Origin: Chthoniobacteraceae bacterium
GTDB lineage: Bacteria; Verrucomicrobiota; Verrucomicrobiia; Chthoniobacterales; Chthoniobacteraceae
Assembly (NCBI GenBank): GCA_031409335.1
Contig: JANNWY010000196.1
Coordinates: forward strand, 32,001 to 96,000
Direction of reading: 5' to 3'
DNA: 64,000 nt
The stretch's first letter is position 1, and each line of letters starts with the position of its first letter. The position numbers and the translations under genes were made by a program. Below the pieces are notes generated by a model. It was not told the origin of the DNA, ran no database searches, and saw only the letters and a program-made list of their open reading frames with translations. Below, piece after piece: positions 1 through 12,159 of this stretch.

Positions 1-1
1 G

Positions 2-397
2 CAGGCGCTAAATTGGAACGTGTTTCAAAATGAAGCGCGCGCCATCGGGCAAATCTCCGAACTCACCGGCGACGTTTTCGATTTCCTGGACGCCCTCCGC
101 AAAAATGAAGCGCCGCGCATTGCCACCGCCACACTGCGGCGTCCGGCAGAGACATGGCTCGCCGCCATCGCCCGCAATCGCATCAGCGAAGCCGACCGCG
201 AGCAGGCGACGCGCAGTTTCCTCGGCTCATTGCGCTCGCTCGTGCGCTCCGATGTCGCCGCGGCCGAGGGGAAATTTCGCTACGCGTACTTTCAGGAAAC
301 GCTGCGCCAGGAGCGCGAAGTGCGCGACAGGCTGTACAAAGCCTTCGACGACCAGGCGATGAAGATGTCCACGCCGCAGATGGGGCGGGCGCGCTAG
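2..397 (+). CDS. Hypothetical protein, C-terminal part (5' end outside window)
   Basis: Open frame from the window edge (QALNWNVFQNEARAIG...) to TAG at 395-397, convergent with mfd. No recognisable motif. Confidence 0.6.
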   Translation, partial: QALNWNVFQNEARAIGQISELTGDVFDFLDALRKNEAPRIATATLRRPAETWLAAIARNRISEADREQATRSFLGSLRSLVRSDVAAAEGKFRYAYFQETLRQEREVRDRLYKAFDDQAMKMSTPQMGRAR

Positions 398-409
398 AAA
401 ATCCGCGCG

Positions 410-3781
<3,372 letters not shown>

Positions 3782-3881
3782 CGAGCGGCGCATCCTCTCG
3801 CGCAAAGCGCCGCGCCGCGCAAGCAGCTCCGGTTTTCGCGTCGCGTTCCACCGCGAATCCTGTCAAAGCCGCCCCGTTCCC

Positions 3882-4340
3882 ATGCTGCTCACGCTCTCCA
3901 CCACGCACCACCCTGCGACCGGTCTTGGCTTCCTCCTGCGAAAGAACCGCGCGCGTGTTCGACTCCGCGCTCGCGGGCCGCGCGAAAGAGCGGCCCGACC
4001 TCGTCGACACACCGCTGCCGTTGTGCACCACGATTTCCGCGCTGCCACGCGAACGCCTCACGCTCCTCCACGCCTCGCCGCCTTCGAGCGCGTCCTTTTT
4101 GAGTGCGCCCGCCCCGCGAACATCATCTTCACAACACCGAACCGCGACTACAACACCCTCTTCCCCACGCTCGCCGCCGGCACCCTGCGCCACCGCGACC
4201 ACCGCTTCGAGTGGACCCGCGCTGAATTCGCCGCCTGGTGCGAAACCATCCACACGCGCTTTGGCTACAGTTTCCAAATCCTCCCGATCGGTCCCGAGGA
4301 CGCGACGCATGGTGCGCCGAGTCAGATGGGGATGTTTTAG
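3882..4340 (+). pseudogene. hen1: Internally deleted Hen1 RNA 3'-terminal ribose 2'-O-methyltransferase
   Basis: Hen1 N-terminus MLLTLSTTHHPATGLGFLLRKN, a short internal piece in another frame (ARVFDSALAGRAKERPDLVDTPLPL), then the Hen1 C-terminus (TTPNRDYN...RHRDHRFEWTRAEF...GAPSQMGMF). About 150 codons versus roughly 460 for intact bacterial Hen1; the SAM-binding motif is absent. Confidence 0.85.
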
Positions 4341-4377
4341 CAGGAAAACAAAAAGCTGAGTGTCTAACCATGACATC

Positions 4378-4412
4378 CTTGAAAATCGTTTGCTGATCGC
4401 TCGATTTTCAAG
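4378..4412. promoter_or_regulatory. Perfect 11-bp inverted repeat upstream of the DUF4143 ATPase (putative operator)
   Basis: cttgaaaatcg (4378-4388) and cgattttcaag (4402-4412) with a 13-nt spacer, ending 13 nt before GTG 4426. Confidence 0.45.
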
Positions 4413-4425
4413 AATCCTCTCCTTC

Positions 4426-5592
4426 GTGCTCGATAGAATTCATTACCGTGACCTGATTCGCCGCCGCCTCGCGGCCAATCCCGTCGTCTCCCTGCTCGGC
4501 CCGCGACAGGTCGGCAAGAGCACGCTGGCCAAGTTCATTACAGGAGAACATCCAGGCGCGCATTATTTCGACCTGGAAAATCCCGTGGATGTCTCGCGCC
4601 TCGCCGAACCGCAGACGGCGCTGGAGCCGCTCACGGGATTGGTGGTGATCGACGAAGTGCAGCGGCAGCCGGAGCTATTCAGTCTGCTGCGCGTGCTGGC
4701 CGATCGAGAACCGCTTCCCGCGCGCTTTCTCTTGCTCGGCAGCGCTTCGCCGACGCTTATTCGCGGCGTGTCCGAATCGCTCGCCGGGCGGCTCGGTTTT
4801 GTGGATCTGCATGGCTTCGATCTCACCGAAGTCGGCGCAGAAAAGTGGCGTGAACTCTGGTGGCGCGGCGGCTACCCACGCTCCTTCCTCGCGGCGGATG
4901 ATGGCACGGCGCGCGACTGGCAGGACGCGCTCATCCGCACCTTGCTGGAACGCGACTTGCCCGAGGCCGGAATTACGATTCCGGCGGCGACGTTGCGGCG
5001 CTTTTGGAGCATGGTCGCGCACTTTCACGGACAGACGTGGAACGCGGCGGAATTCGCGCGCTCCCTCGGCAGTGCGGAGACCACGGCGCGGCGCTATCTC
5101 GATATTCTCACGTCCATGTTTCTCGTCCGCCAGTTGCCGCCTTGGTTTGAAAATCTCGGCAAGCGGCAGGTGAAAGCGCCGAAGATTTATGTGCGCGACG
5201 CGGGCCTGCTGCACGCGCTACTCGGTGTGCCCACGGCGGGCGCACTCGGGGGGCATCCAAAGCTCGGTGCGTCGTGGGAGGGCTTCGTCGTCGAGCAAGT
5301 GGCGGCGCGGCTGGGCGAGCGAAATTTGTGGTTTTGGGGCACGCACGCTGGCGCGGAACTCGACATTTTTGCGCAAATCGCCGGAGAGCGGATCGGCATT
5401 GAGGTGAAACACGCCGACGCGCCGACGCTCACGAAATCCATGCACATTGCGCGGGCGGATTTGAAACTGGACCGACTGCTCATTGTCACGCCCGGCAGCC
5501 GTTCCTATCCCGTGTCCGACTGGGCGGAAGTCGTGGGCATTCCCGATTTGATGTTGCGCTTGGGGCAAATCAACCCGGAGCCGAAACGATGA
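4426..5592 (+). CDS. AAA_14 family ATPase with DUF4143 / PD-(D/E)xK-like C-terminus
   Basis: Walker A GPRQVGKS, Walker B VIDEVQ, LLGSAS, ESLAGR, GGYP, KIYVRDAGLLH and ELDIF...IGIEVK. Start at GTG 4426 is uncertain. Confidence 0.9.
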   Translation: MLDRIHYRDLIRRRLAANPVVSLLGPRQVGKSTLAKFITGEHPGAHYFDLENPVDVSRLAEPQTALEPLTGLVVIDEVQRQPELFSLLRVLADREPLPARFLLLGSASPTLIRGVSESLAGRLGFVDLHGFDLTEVGAEKWRELWWRGGYPRSFLAADDGTARDWQDALIRTLLERDLPEAGITIPAATLRRFWSMVAHFHGQTWNAAEFARSLGSAETTARRYLDILTSMFLVRQLPPWFENLGKRQVKAPKIYVRDAGLLHALLGVPTAGALGGHPKLGASWEGFVVEQVAARLGERNLWFWGTHAGAELDIFAQIAGERIGIEVKHADAPTLTKSMHIARADLKLDRLLIVTPGSRSYPVSDWAEVVGIPDLMLRLGQINPEPKR

Positions 5593-5870
5593 GTCTCACC
5601 ATCCCCGAACTTTCGCTCGTCGTCCTCGTCGGTGTCTCCGGCTCGGGAAAGAGTACGTTTGCGCGGCGGCATTTTTTGGCGACGGAGGTTTTGTCGAGCG
5701 ATGCGTGCCGCGGGCGGGTGAGCGACGAACGTGCAACCGGAAGCGCGCCGACCGCTGGTGGCGCTGGCGCGGGAATATCACTGCCTGCCGGTGGCTATCG
5801 TGCTCGATGTGCCGGAGCGCGTGGCGCACGATCGCAATGCGGTGCGCGCGCTCTCCGACCGTCCGCCGCA
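5589..5870 (+). pseudogene. pnkp: Truncated, frameshifted Pnkp (polynucleotide kinase-phosphatase) N-terminal fragment
   Basis: MSLTIPELSLVVLVGVSGSGKSTFARRHF...SSDACRGRVSDE, then in another frame ATNVQPEARRPLVALAREYHCLPVAIVLDVPE. This matches the Pnkp kinase module with an internal deletion; phosphatase and ligase domains are missing. It follows hen1, as in the canonical operon. Confidence 0.85.
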
Positions 5871-5874
5871 TCCG

Positions 5875-6078
5875 CTACGCGGCTTTACGCTCGGAGCGAG
5901 TGAGTGCAGTGCGCCGCGCGGCGCGTTCGCGGCGGCGTGGGCCGGCGTGTTTGGCGAGCAGGCGCGCGTTTTCCAGCGAGAGGCGCTCCATCGTTTCGCC
6001 CATCGTCGCGAGTTCCCTCCGCTCGGCGGCGGTGATGGTTCCCTCATTGTTTTTCGCCATCAAAACTTCGAGCCGCAC
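5875..6078 (-). CDS. Small hypothetical protein, possibly a 5'-truncated remnant
   Basis: Helical, protein-like sequence RLEVLMAKNNEGTITAAERRELATMGETMERLSLENARLL. Start is unclear; it is in frame just after the DUF2752 stop. Confidence 0.35.
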   Translation of the reverse strand: MRLEVLMAKNNEGTITAAERRELATMGETMERLSLENARLLAKHAGPRRRERAARRTALTRSERKAA

Positions 6079-6144
6079 GTGCGTTTTGGCATCAATCTTG
6101 TGCAGCTTCGGCGCAGGGCGTTCCCAGACGAGCAGGTCGCCGCG

Positions 6145-6552
6145 TCACACCCGCGCGCACAGCAGCCAGAGCCAGTTCGCGAGCAGCAGGCTCACGCAGC
6201 CGGCCCGCAGCAGCGTGGCGGCGCGGGCGGGCGGTTTTTCCGGTCGCCAGCGTGGCAGCCGGAGCACCAGCACGGTCGCCGCGTAGAGGTCGAAAATCAC
6301 GATCCCGGCCAGCGTCACGAGCATCAGCGGATTCACGAGAAAGGCGGCGTGAAACGCGCCCCGCAGCGCATACCGCACGCAGCGCGTCGCCCCGCAGCCG
6401 GGGCAGGCCCAGCCCGTCACTTCATGGAAAACGCACGCCGGACTCGCGAGCCCGAGCCGCACCCAGACCCACGCAAACGCGAGCGCCGCGAGCGACACGC
6501 CGAGCCACAGCGTTTCGTGATCCAGCTCGCCGCGCCGCAGGGGACGCCACAT
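6145..6552 (-). CDS. DUF2752 family membrane protein
   Basis: CVFHEVTGWACPGCGATR motif followed by hydrophobic helices. Confidence 0.88.
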   Translation of the reverse strand: MWRPLRRGELDHETLWLGVSLAALAFAWVWVRLGLASPACVFHEVTGWACPGCGATRCVRYALRGAFHAAFLVNPLMLVTLAGIVIFDLYAATVLVLRLPRWRPEKPPARAATLLRAGCVSLLLANWLWLLCARV

Positions 6553-6558
6553 GCGCGG

Positions 6559-7566
6559 TCACTGTCCCGTGCCCTGCGCCGCGACCAGCGCCGCGGCGAT
6601 CGCTCCGCCGAGGACGAGTACCCCGAGGCAGCAGACGATCGTCGGCAGCAACACCGCGAGCACGGCCTTGCCGACGCTGATTTCCTGCGTCTTCGAGAGC
6701 CCGATGCACAGGCAGACGAGCGCCCAGATGCCGCTCACCATCGCGCCGCAAATCGGCACGAGCTGCAGGATTCCCGCCGAACCCTGCACGTAGCAGTAAG
6801 TCCGAAACGTCGTCTCGAACGGCTGCTTTGCTCCGCCGCAAATCATCAACGCGAGCTGCAGGATGCCCGCGCCGATGAATGTGCCGAGCGCGATGAACGC
6901 GGGCATCAGGATCGCGAGAACCAGCATCATTCCGCCACTGAGCCCGGCAAAGATCGCGGGATTGAATCCCGGCGTTTGCTGTGAAGCCTGCGCCGCCACC
7001 GCGGTCGTACCGAGATTCATCAGGAACTGATACAACAGCCCCGCGATGCTGCCAATCGACCCGAAAATCACCGCGAACAGCAGCGGCCCGCCGATCCCGC
7101 CCTCGCGCTTCATCGTCTGGAATGCATCGCTCGGCTTCAGCAGCACGGCCTTGATCGTCTCCCAGCCTGCTTTCACGATCCCAGTCTGCTCGCGCTGCTC
7201 CCACGCCGGTCCGTCGCGAGCCGTATCGAAACCCACGGGCACCACGCCACTCTGCATCACGCCTTGCAATACCGCCGGTTTCGCCCCCGCCGAGTAGGGC
7301 TTGCCATCGATGTAAACGATCTCGGATGGCGGAAAATATCTCCCCGTCGCCGTGCATTTGATGAAGCCCTCCGGCGGCACCTCGCCCGGCGCGGCAGCTT
7401 GTCCGCTGCCAGTCGGACGTGCCTGCCCGAGCGGTGTCCAATTTGCCATGCCCTCGCTCCACACGAGGGTGGCCGCGGTGATTTCGCCGCTCGCAAGCAG
7501 GCGGTCGAGTTCACTCTCGGGGATCGGTCCCTGACGTTGTCCGGCTTTCTCGTAATACCAATTCAT
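6559..7566 (-). CDS. GYF_2 (DUF4339) domain plus Yip1-like membrane domain protein
   Basis: MNWYYEKAGQRQGP...TLVWSEGMANWTPL (GYF_2). The C-terminal half has about five TM helices following VLLKPSDAF (Yip1-like). Confidence 0.85.
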   Translation of the reverse strand: MNWYYEKAGQRQGPIPESELDRLLASGEITAATLVWSEGMANWTPLGQARPTGSGQAAAPGEVPPEGFIKCTATGRYFPPSEIVYIDGKPYSAGAKPAVLQGVMQSGVVPVGFDTARDGPAWEQREQTGIVKAGWETIKAVLLKPSDAFQTMKREGGIGGPLLFAVIFGSIGSIAGLLYQFLMNLGTTAVAAQASQQTPGFNPAIFAGLSGGMMLVLAILMPAFIALGTFIGAGILQLALMICGGAKQPFETTFRTYCYVQGSAGILQLVPICGAMVSGIWALVCLCIGLSKTQEISVGKAVLAVLLPTIVCCLGVLVLGGAIAAALVAAQGTGQ

Positions 7567-7665
7567 GTTGTTCCTTGTTCTGAGGTTTTGGGTCTTCTAG
7601 CTTCCGCCGCGCGGCGTAAAAGCCGCAGTGAAGATGAACCGCCTCAGCGAGTAAAACCAAAACGC

Positions 7666-8277
7666 ATGTCCGCCGCAACCGCCTCGATCCCGGCCCTCGC
7701 CTGCCCGCAATGCGGCACCGCGCTCACGCCGGACGCGCTCAGCGGCGGGCGGGCCTCGACCTGTCCGCGCTGCCGCTCCGAGTTGCATGGCACAGTGTTT
7801 CCGGCGTTTTGGAAAATCCCCGCGGATCTTTCCGGTCGCGCGCAGCAGGCGGGCGAAGGCGAGGCCGTCTGCTTTTTCCACCCGGAAAATCGGGCGGCGG
7901 TGAGCTGCGAAAAGTGCGGACGTTTCGTCTGCTCGGTGTGCGAATGCACCGTCGGCACGCGCCATCTTTGCCCATCCTGCCTCAGCAGCGGGCTCGCCGG
8001 CGAAAAACTTCCCGAGCTGATCCCGTGGCGTTTTGTCTGGGCCGACGCCGCGCTTTTCACGGGCATCATGCCGCTCGTGCTCGGCATTTTCATGTGGCCA
8101 TTCCTCATCTTCTCCGGCGCGGCGGCAATCTTCCTCGCGCTCTTTGGCTGGAAACGCCCCGGCAGTCTACCGCGCGGACGCCGCCGCTGGGCCGCCATCG
8201 TCGGCATCATCGGCGGTGTGCTGCAAATCGCCATCTGGCTCACCGTTGCCATCTTCCTCTACACGTCGCGGACCTGA
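7666..8277 (+). CDS. Zinc-ribbon / B-box-like membrane protein
   Basis: CPQC...CPRC ribbon, then CFFHPENRAAVSCEKCGRFVCSVC...LCPSC and C-terminal TM helices. TGA overlaps the next ATG. Confidence 0.8.
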   Translation: MSAATASIPALACPQCGTALTPDALSGGRASTCPRCRSELHGTVFPAFWKIPADLSGRAQQAGEGEAVCFFHPENRAAVSCEKCGRFVCSVCECTVGTRHLCPSCLSSGLAGEKLPELIPWRFVWADAALFTGIMPLVLGIFMWPFLIFSGAAAIFLALFGWKRPGSLPRGRRRWAAIVGIIGGVLQIAIWLTVAIFLYTSRT

Positions 8278-8786
8278 TGAGCGCCCCGCCCCTTCACTAC
8301 ACCAAACTCCCCGGCCCCGGCGCTGGCTGGTCCGGTCGCACACGTCTCTGGCTGGCGGAAGATCACCTCCTCGAAGTGAACTCGACGCTGTTCACCGAGC
8401 GCTACCATCGCTTCTTTCTGCACGACATCCGCAGTGTCATCGCCCAGCGCACCAAGGTCGGCTTCTACTGGAACATCGCGCTCGGCATCCTTATCGCCAT
8501 CGGCTTCGCCCTCGCGGGTGCTTCCTATTGGGGTGGGACAAAGGTCGCTGACAACGACGGACGGGTCGCCCTTTGGGTTTTCGCAGGGATGCTCGGCGGC
8601 GCGGCGCTCATCCTCCTCGTCGCCCTCATCATCAATGCCCTGCTCGGCCCGACCTGCCGCTTTTACATCCAGACCACGGCGGGCATGCGCCTCATCGCCG
8701 CGCCCACGCGCCTGCGCCGCGCCGATCGCCTCCTCGCAAAACTCGTCCCGCACATCGAGTCCGTGCAATCCCTCCCGCCACCGTGA
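8277..8786 (+). CDS. Hypothetical membrane protein (2 TM)
   Basis: MSAPPLHYTKLPG...LWLAEDHLLEV; translationally coupled (TGATG) on both sides. Confidence 0.8.
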   Translation: MSAPPLHYTKLPGPGAGWSGRTRLWLAEDHLLEVNSTLFTERYHRFFLHDIRSVIAQRTKVGFYWNIALGILIAIGFALAGASYWGGTKVADNDGRVALWVFAGMLGGAALILLVALIINALLGPTCRFYIQTTAGMRLIAAPTRLRRADRLLAKLVPHIESVQSLPPP

Positions 8787-9124
8787 TGGCCACGCTTGCC
8801 CTTCAGCGCTGCCTGCATCACGGCGAACGCGAAGCCATCGCCCGCTGCCCCGAGTGCGGCAGTTTCTTCTGCCGCGAATGCATCACCGAGCACGACGAGC
8901 GCATCATCTGCGCATCGTGCCTCGCAAAGCTCACGCGTCCGGCGGAGGCGAAAGCGCGTCGCTTTCGGCTTGCCGCGCTGCGTCCGTGGGTCGGGGCATT
9001 TTCCGGCATCGTCGTCGCGTGGCTTTGCTTCTATTTTATCGGGCGAATGCTCGTCGCCATCCCGTCCGATTTTCATGCGGACTCCATCTGGAGCGGCAGG
9101 CTCTTTGAATCGTCAGAAGAATGA
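8786..9124 (+). CDS. B-box-like zinc-finger protein with C-terminal TM helix
   Basis: CLHHGEREAIARCPECGSFFCRECITEHDERIICASC followed by one TM helix. Confidence 0.82.
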   Translation: MATLALQRCLHHGEREAIARCPECGSFFCRECITEHDERIICASCLAKLTRPAEAKARRFRLAALRPWVGAFSGIVVAWLCFYFIGRMLVAIPSDFHADSIWSGRLFESSEE

Positions 9125-9200
9125 AGACGGCAAGATCGCTCCAAGCACGAAAGGCCGCTGCCGCAGGCACCCCCCTCAACCCTCGCCCCATCCCCGCAAA

Positions 9201-10826
9201 GTGAACGCCGACCGCCGCCAGCTCCACCGCGCAGGACGCCCCGCCGACGCCCTCATCGAAGAAGCCATCGCCCTCCTCCGCACCGCGCCCGGCTCGCTCG
9301 TCAGCTACTTCACCGGCGCGATTCCGTTTTGGCTCGCCCTGCTATATTTCCTCTCCGACATGAGCCACAGCGCGGATGCCGAAGCGCATCTTGCGCCCGC
9401 ATCGCTCGGCGTCGCCCTCCTTTTCATTTGGATGAAATGCTGGCAAACCGTCTTCGCCAGCCGGCTCCGCACCGTGCTCCTCGATGAAACCGACGTGCCG
9501 TGGACCGCCGCCCGCATCACCCGCATGGCGCTCCACCAGACCGGCCCGCAAACCTGGAGCCTGCCCGTCCGCTTCGTTGCCCTTCTCGTCGGCATCCCGT
9601 TCGCGTGGGTGTCATCGTTTTGCCAGAACGTCAGCATCCTCGGCGATGGCCGCTCGAGCGCGACGCCGGACGCGCCCACCGTCTTCCAACGCAGCGTGGC
9701 GCAGGCGCGACTGTGGCCGGGCCAGATGCACAAGCTCATCCTCCAGCTCTCACTGCTCGGCTTCTTCATCTGGGTGAATGTCATCGTCCTCCTCATCTTC
9801 GTGCCGTCGCTGCTGAAGACTTTCTTTGGCATCGAAACCATTTTTTCGCGCAGCATCGGCGCGTTCCTCAACACCACCTTTTTCACCGCCACCTTCGCGC
9901 TCACCATGCTCTGCCTCGATCCGCTCTGGCGCGCCGTTTATGTGCTGTGCTGCTTTTACGGCGAATCGCTCCGCACCGGCCGCGACCTCGCCTTGCGCCT
10001 CCGCCGCGTCCGCCATACCGCGTTGATCCTCGCCCTCGCGGCCCTGTGCGGATTCGGAGGAATCGCCGCGCCACTCCGCGCCGCCGAGCCCGCGCCGATC
10101 GCTGACACCACGGAACTCAACCGCCGCATCGACGAAGTACTCGAGCGCCGCGAATACACCTGGCGCACCCCGCGCGAAAAAATCCCGCGCACGAAAGGCT
10201 GGTTCGGCGAATGGATCGAAAAGGTCGGCGAAATGATTCGCGACTGGGTGAAATCTGTGGCGAAAAGACTTGAACGCCTGATGAAATGGATTGCCGAGAA
10301 ATGGTATGGCGATCCAGCCAGCCTCGACGGCGCATCGAAGCCGTGGGGCGCCGGCACCCGGCTCGCGCTATGGGCCGCGCTCGCGTTGAGCCTCGCGATC
10401 ATTGTCTGGGCCTTGCTTCGCGCGCTGCGCGAAAAACGCGCCCCCGTCGTCGCGGCGGAAGCGATCACCGCCGTGCCCGATCTCACCGCCGACGATGTCG
10501 CCGCCGACGAACTCCCCGAGGACGGCTGGCTCGCGCTCGCCCGCGATCACGCCGCGCGCGGCGACTTTGCCCTCGCCATGCGCGCCATGTGGCTCGCCTG
10601 TCTCGCGCATCTCGGCCACCGCGAACTGCTCCGCATCGCCCGCCACAAATCCAATCGCGACTACGATCTCGAACTCCGCCGCCGCGCCCGCGCCCGCGAG
10701 GAATTGCTCGCCGCCTTCCGCGAAAATCTGAACGCCTTCGAGTCCTCCTGGTACGGCCGCCATCAAGTCACCGCCGAAATCTTCGCCCGCTTCTCCGGCA
10801 ATCTGGAAAGGATTCGCGCATGTTGA
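9201..10826 (+). CDS. Multi-TM membrane protein with C-terminal DUF4129 domain
   Basis: Several TM helices; C-terminus GDFALAMRAMWLACL...KSNRDY...FESSWYG is typical of DUF4129. GTG start at 9201 is inferred. Confidence 0.8.
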   Translation: MNADRRQLHRAGRPADALIEEAIALLRTAPGSLVSYFTGAIPFWLALLYFLSDMSHSADAEAHLAPASLGVALLFIWMKCWQTVFASRLRTVLLDETDVPWTAARITRMALHQTGPQTWSLPVRFVALLVGIPFAWVSSFCQNVSILGDGRSSATPDAPTVFQRSVAQARLWPGQMHKLILQLSLLGFFIWVNVIVLLIFVPSLLKTFFGIETIFSRSIGAFLNTTFFTATFALTMLCLDPLWRAVYVLCCFYGESLRTGRDLALRLRRVRHTALILALAALCGFGGIAAPLRAAEPAPIADTTELNRRIDEVLERREYTWRTPREKIPRTKGWFGEWIEKVGEMIRDWVKSVAKRLERLMKWIAEKWYGDPASLDGASKPWGAGTRLALWAALALSLAIIVWALLRALREKRAPVVAAEAITAVPDLTADDVAADELPEDGWLALARDHAARGDFALAMRAMWLACLAHLGHRELLRIARHKSNRDYDLELRRRARAREELLAAFRENLNAFESSWYGRHQVTAEIFARFSGNLERIRAC

Positions 10827-10829
10827 ATC

Positions 10830-10894
10830 AATGTGACACGGGCTTTCCAGCCCGTGATCCCCACCCGCACGGGCTGGAAAGCCCGTGTCACATT
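10830..10894. repeat. Intergenic REP-doublet-like palindrome
   Basis: Perfect 27-bp inverted repeat aatgtgacacgggctttccagcccgtg (10830-10856 / 10868-10894). Each arm is itself a hairpin (cacgggct-ttcc-agcccgtg). Confidence 0.9.
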
Positions 10895-10902
10895 TCGACG
10901 CG

Positions 10903-12159
10903 ATGAAACGCCCCGCTTTCGCCGCACTCCTCGCGCTTCTACTTGCCGCCGCGCTCGTTTATGGCGTCGCCCAACTTTTCACTCTGCGCCTCGAACAGGG
11001 CGACGTTTACCCGCCCTACTCCACCCTGCGCGCCGATCCGCTCGGCACGAAAGCGCTCTACGAAGCACTCGACGAACTCCCCGGTTACGAAGTGCGCCGT
11101 AACTTTCGCCCCCTCGTCCGACTCCATCCCGCAAAGCCCGTGACGCTCATCTACGCCGGCGTGGAACGCAGGTCGAAGTGGGGCGAGGAAGAGTTCAAGG
11201 AATTCCAAAACCTCGTCGCCAGCGGCACTCGCGTCGTCTTCGCCTTCGCGCCGGAAGAGGCAGTCGAGACTGACAGCGAGCCGCCAAAGCTCCCGGAGAA
11301 AACCGAGCCAGTCCCAGTCGATGAAGCGAAAGACTCGGCACCTCCCGCTGAGGACAAAAAAAACGACGCCAACGAAAGGAAAGCCAAGTCGGACTCAAAA
11401 AAGGCGGACGGGGAAACATCGACCGCGCTCGTGTTTCACGAAGTCGCCGAGCGGCTCGGCTTTCGCTTCCAGCGGCTCACCGTAAAAGACGACGATGGGG
11501 AACGCCGACCCGCGCTGCTCGCCGATGCCAGCCTCCCGCTCGAACCGCAACTCTCGTGGCACAGCGCGACCTTTTTTAGCGATCTCAAACCCGCCTGGCG
11601 CACGCTCTACACCAGCGATGGCAAGGTCGTCATCGCCGAGCGCACTTTCGGCGACGGCTCCATCGTGCTCGCGGGCGACAGCTATTTTCTCAGCAACGAA
11701 GCGCTCCGCCGCGAACGCAGCCCGCGCCTCCTCGCGTGGCTCGCCGGGCCGCCGCGCGAGATGATTTTCGACGAGGAACATCACGGCATCGTCGAACAGG
11801 CGAACATCGCCGGACTCGCCCGCAAATACCGCCTGCACGGCCTCGTCGCAGGCGCGCTGCTGGCCGTCGCGCTCTTCCTCTGGCAAAGCTCCGCGCCCTT
11901 TCTCCCACCCGCCGCCTCCCGCCGCCCGGACCCCGGACTCGTCACTGGAAAAAGCGCCGGAGAAGGTTTCATCAATCTCATCCGCCGCGCGCTCACGCCG
12001 AAGGAATTGCTCGCCACTTGCGCCGCGGAATGGCGCAAGGCCTTCGATCCCGAAGGCAAATCCGACAAAGCCGCGCACCTCGAACGCGTCCTCGCCACCG
12101 ACCGCAATCCCGTGACCGCCTACCAGACGATCAGCCAAGTGCTTTCCCAGAAAAAATGA
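10903..12159 (+). CDS. DUF4350 domain membrane-anchored protein
   Basis: N-terminal TM helix, YSTLRADPLGTKALYEAL, GDGSIVLAGDSYFLSNEAL, IFDEEHHG and a second TM helix. Overlaps the moxR start (ATGA). Confidence 0.82.
   Translation: MKRPAFAALLALLLAAALVYGVAQLFTLRLEQGDVYPPYSTLRADPLGTKALYEALDELPGYEVRRNFRPLVRLHPAKPVTLIYAGVERRSKWGEEEFKEFQNLVASGTRVVFAFAPEEAVETDSEPPKLPEKTEPVPVDEAKDSAPPAEDKKNDANERKAKSDSKKADGETSTALVFHEVAERLGFRFQRLTVKDDDGERRPALLADASLPLEPQLSWHSATFFSDLKPAWRTLYTSDGKVVIAERTFGDGSIVLAGDSYFLSNEALRRERSPRLLAWLAGPPREMIFDEEHHGIVEQANIAGLARKYRLHGLVAGALLAVALFLWQSSAPFLPPAASRRPDPGLVTGKSAGEGFINLIRRALTPKELLATCAAEWRKAFDPEGKSDKAAHLERVLATDRNPVTAYQTISQVLSQKK

Noticed and set aside
3882..4340. Functional mini-Hen1, or programmed frameshifting in hen1/pnkp
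   Set aside because: The SAM-binding region and most of both proteins are missing; junctions look like deletions, not slippery sites.
6079..6147. Stop-codon readthrough from DUF2752 into the small downstream ORF in the same frame
   Set aside because: No SECIS-like or other recoding signal is evident; a truncated remnant or chance frame match is simpler.
8796..9200. N-terminal extensions in the ORF track (here and at 7264, 11736, 15166, 18206, 25046, 57208, 59288)
   Set aside because: They overlap upstream genes, repeats or the riboswitch. Later starts were chosen from stop/start coupling and domain boundaries.
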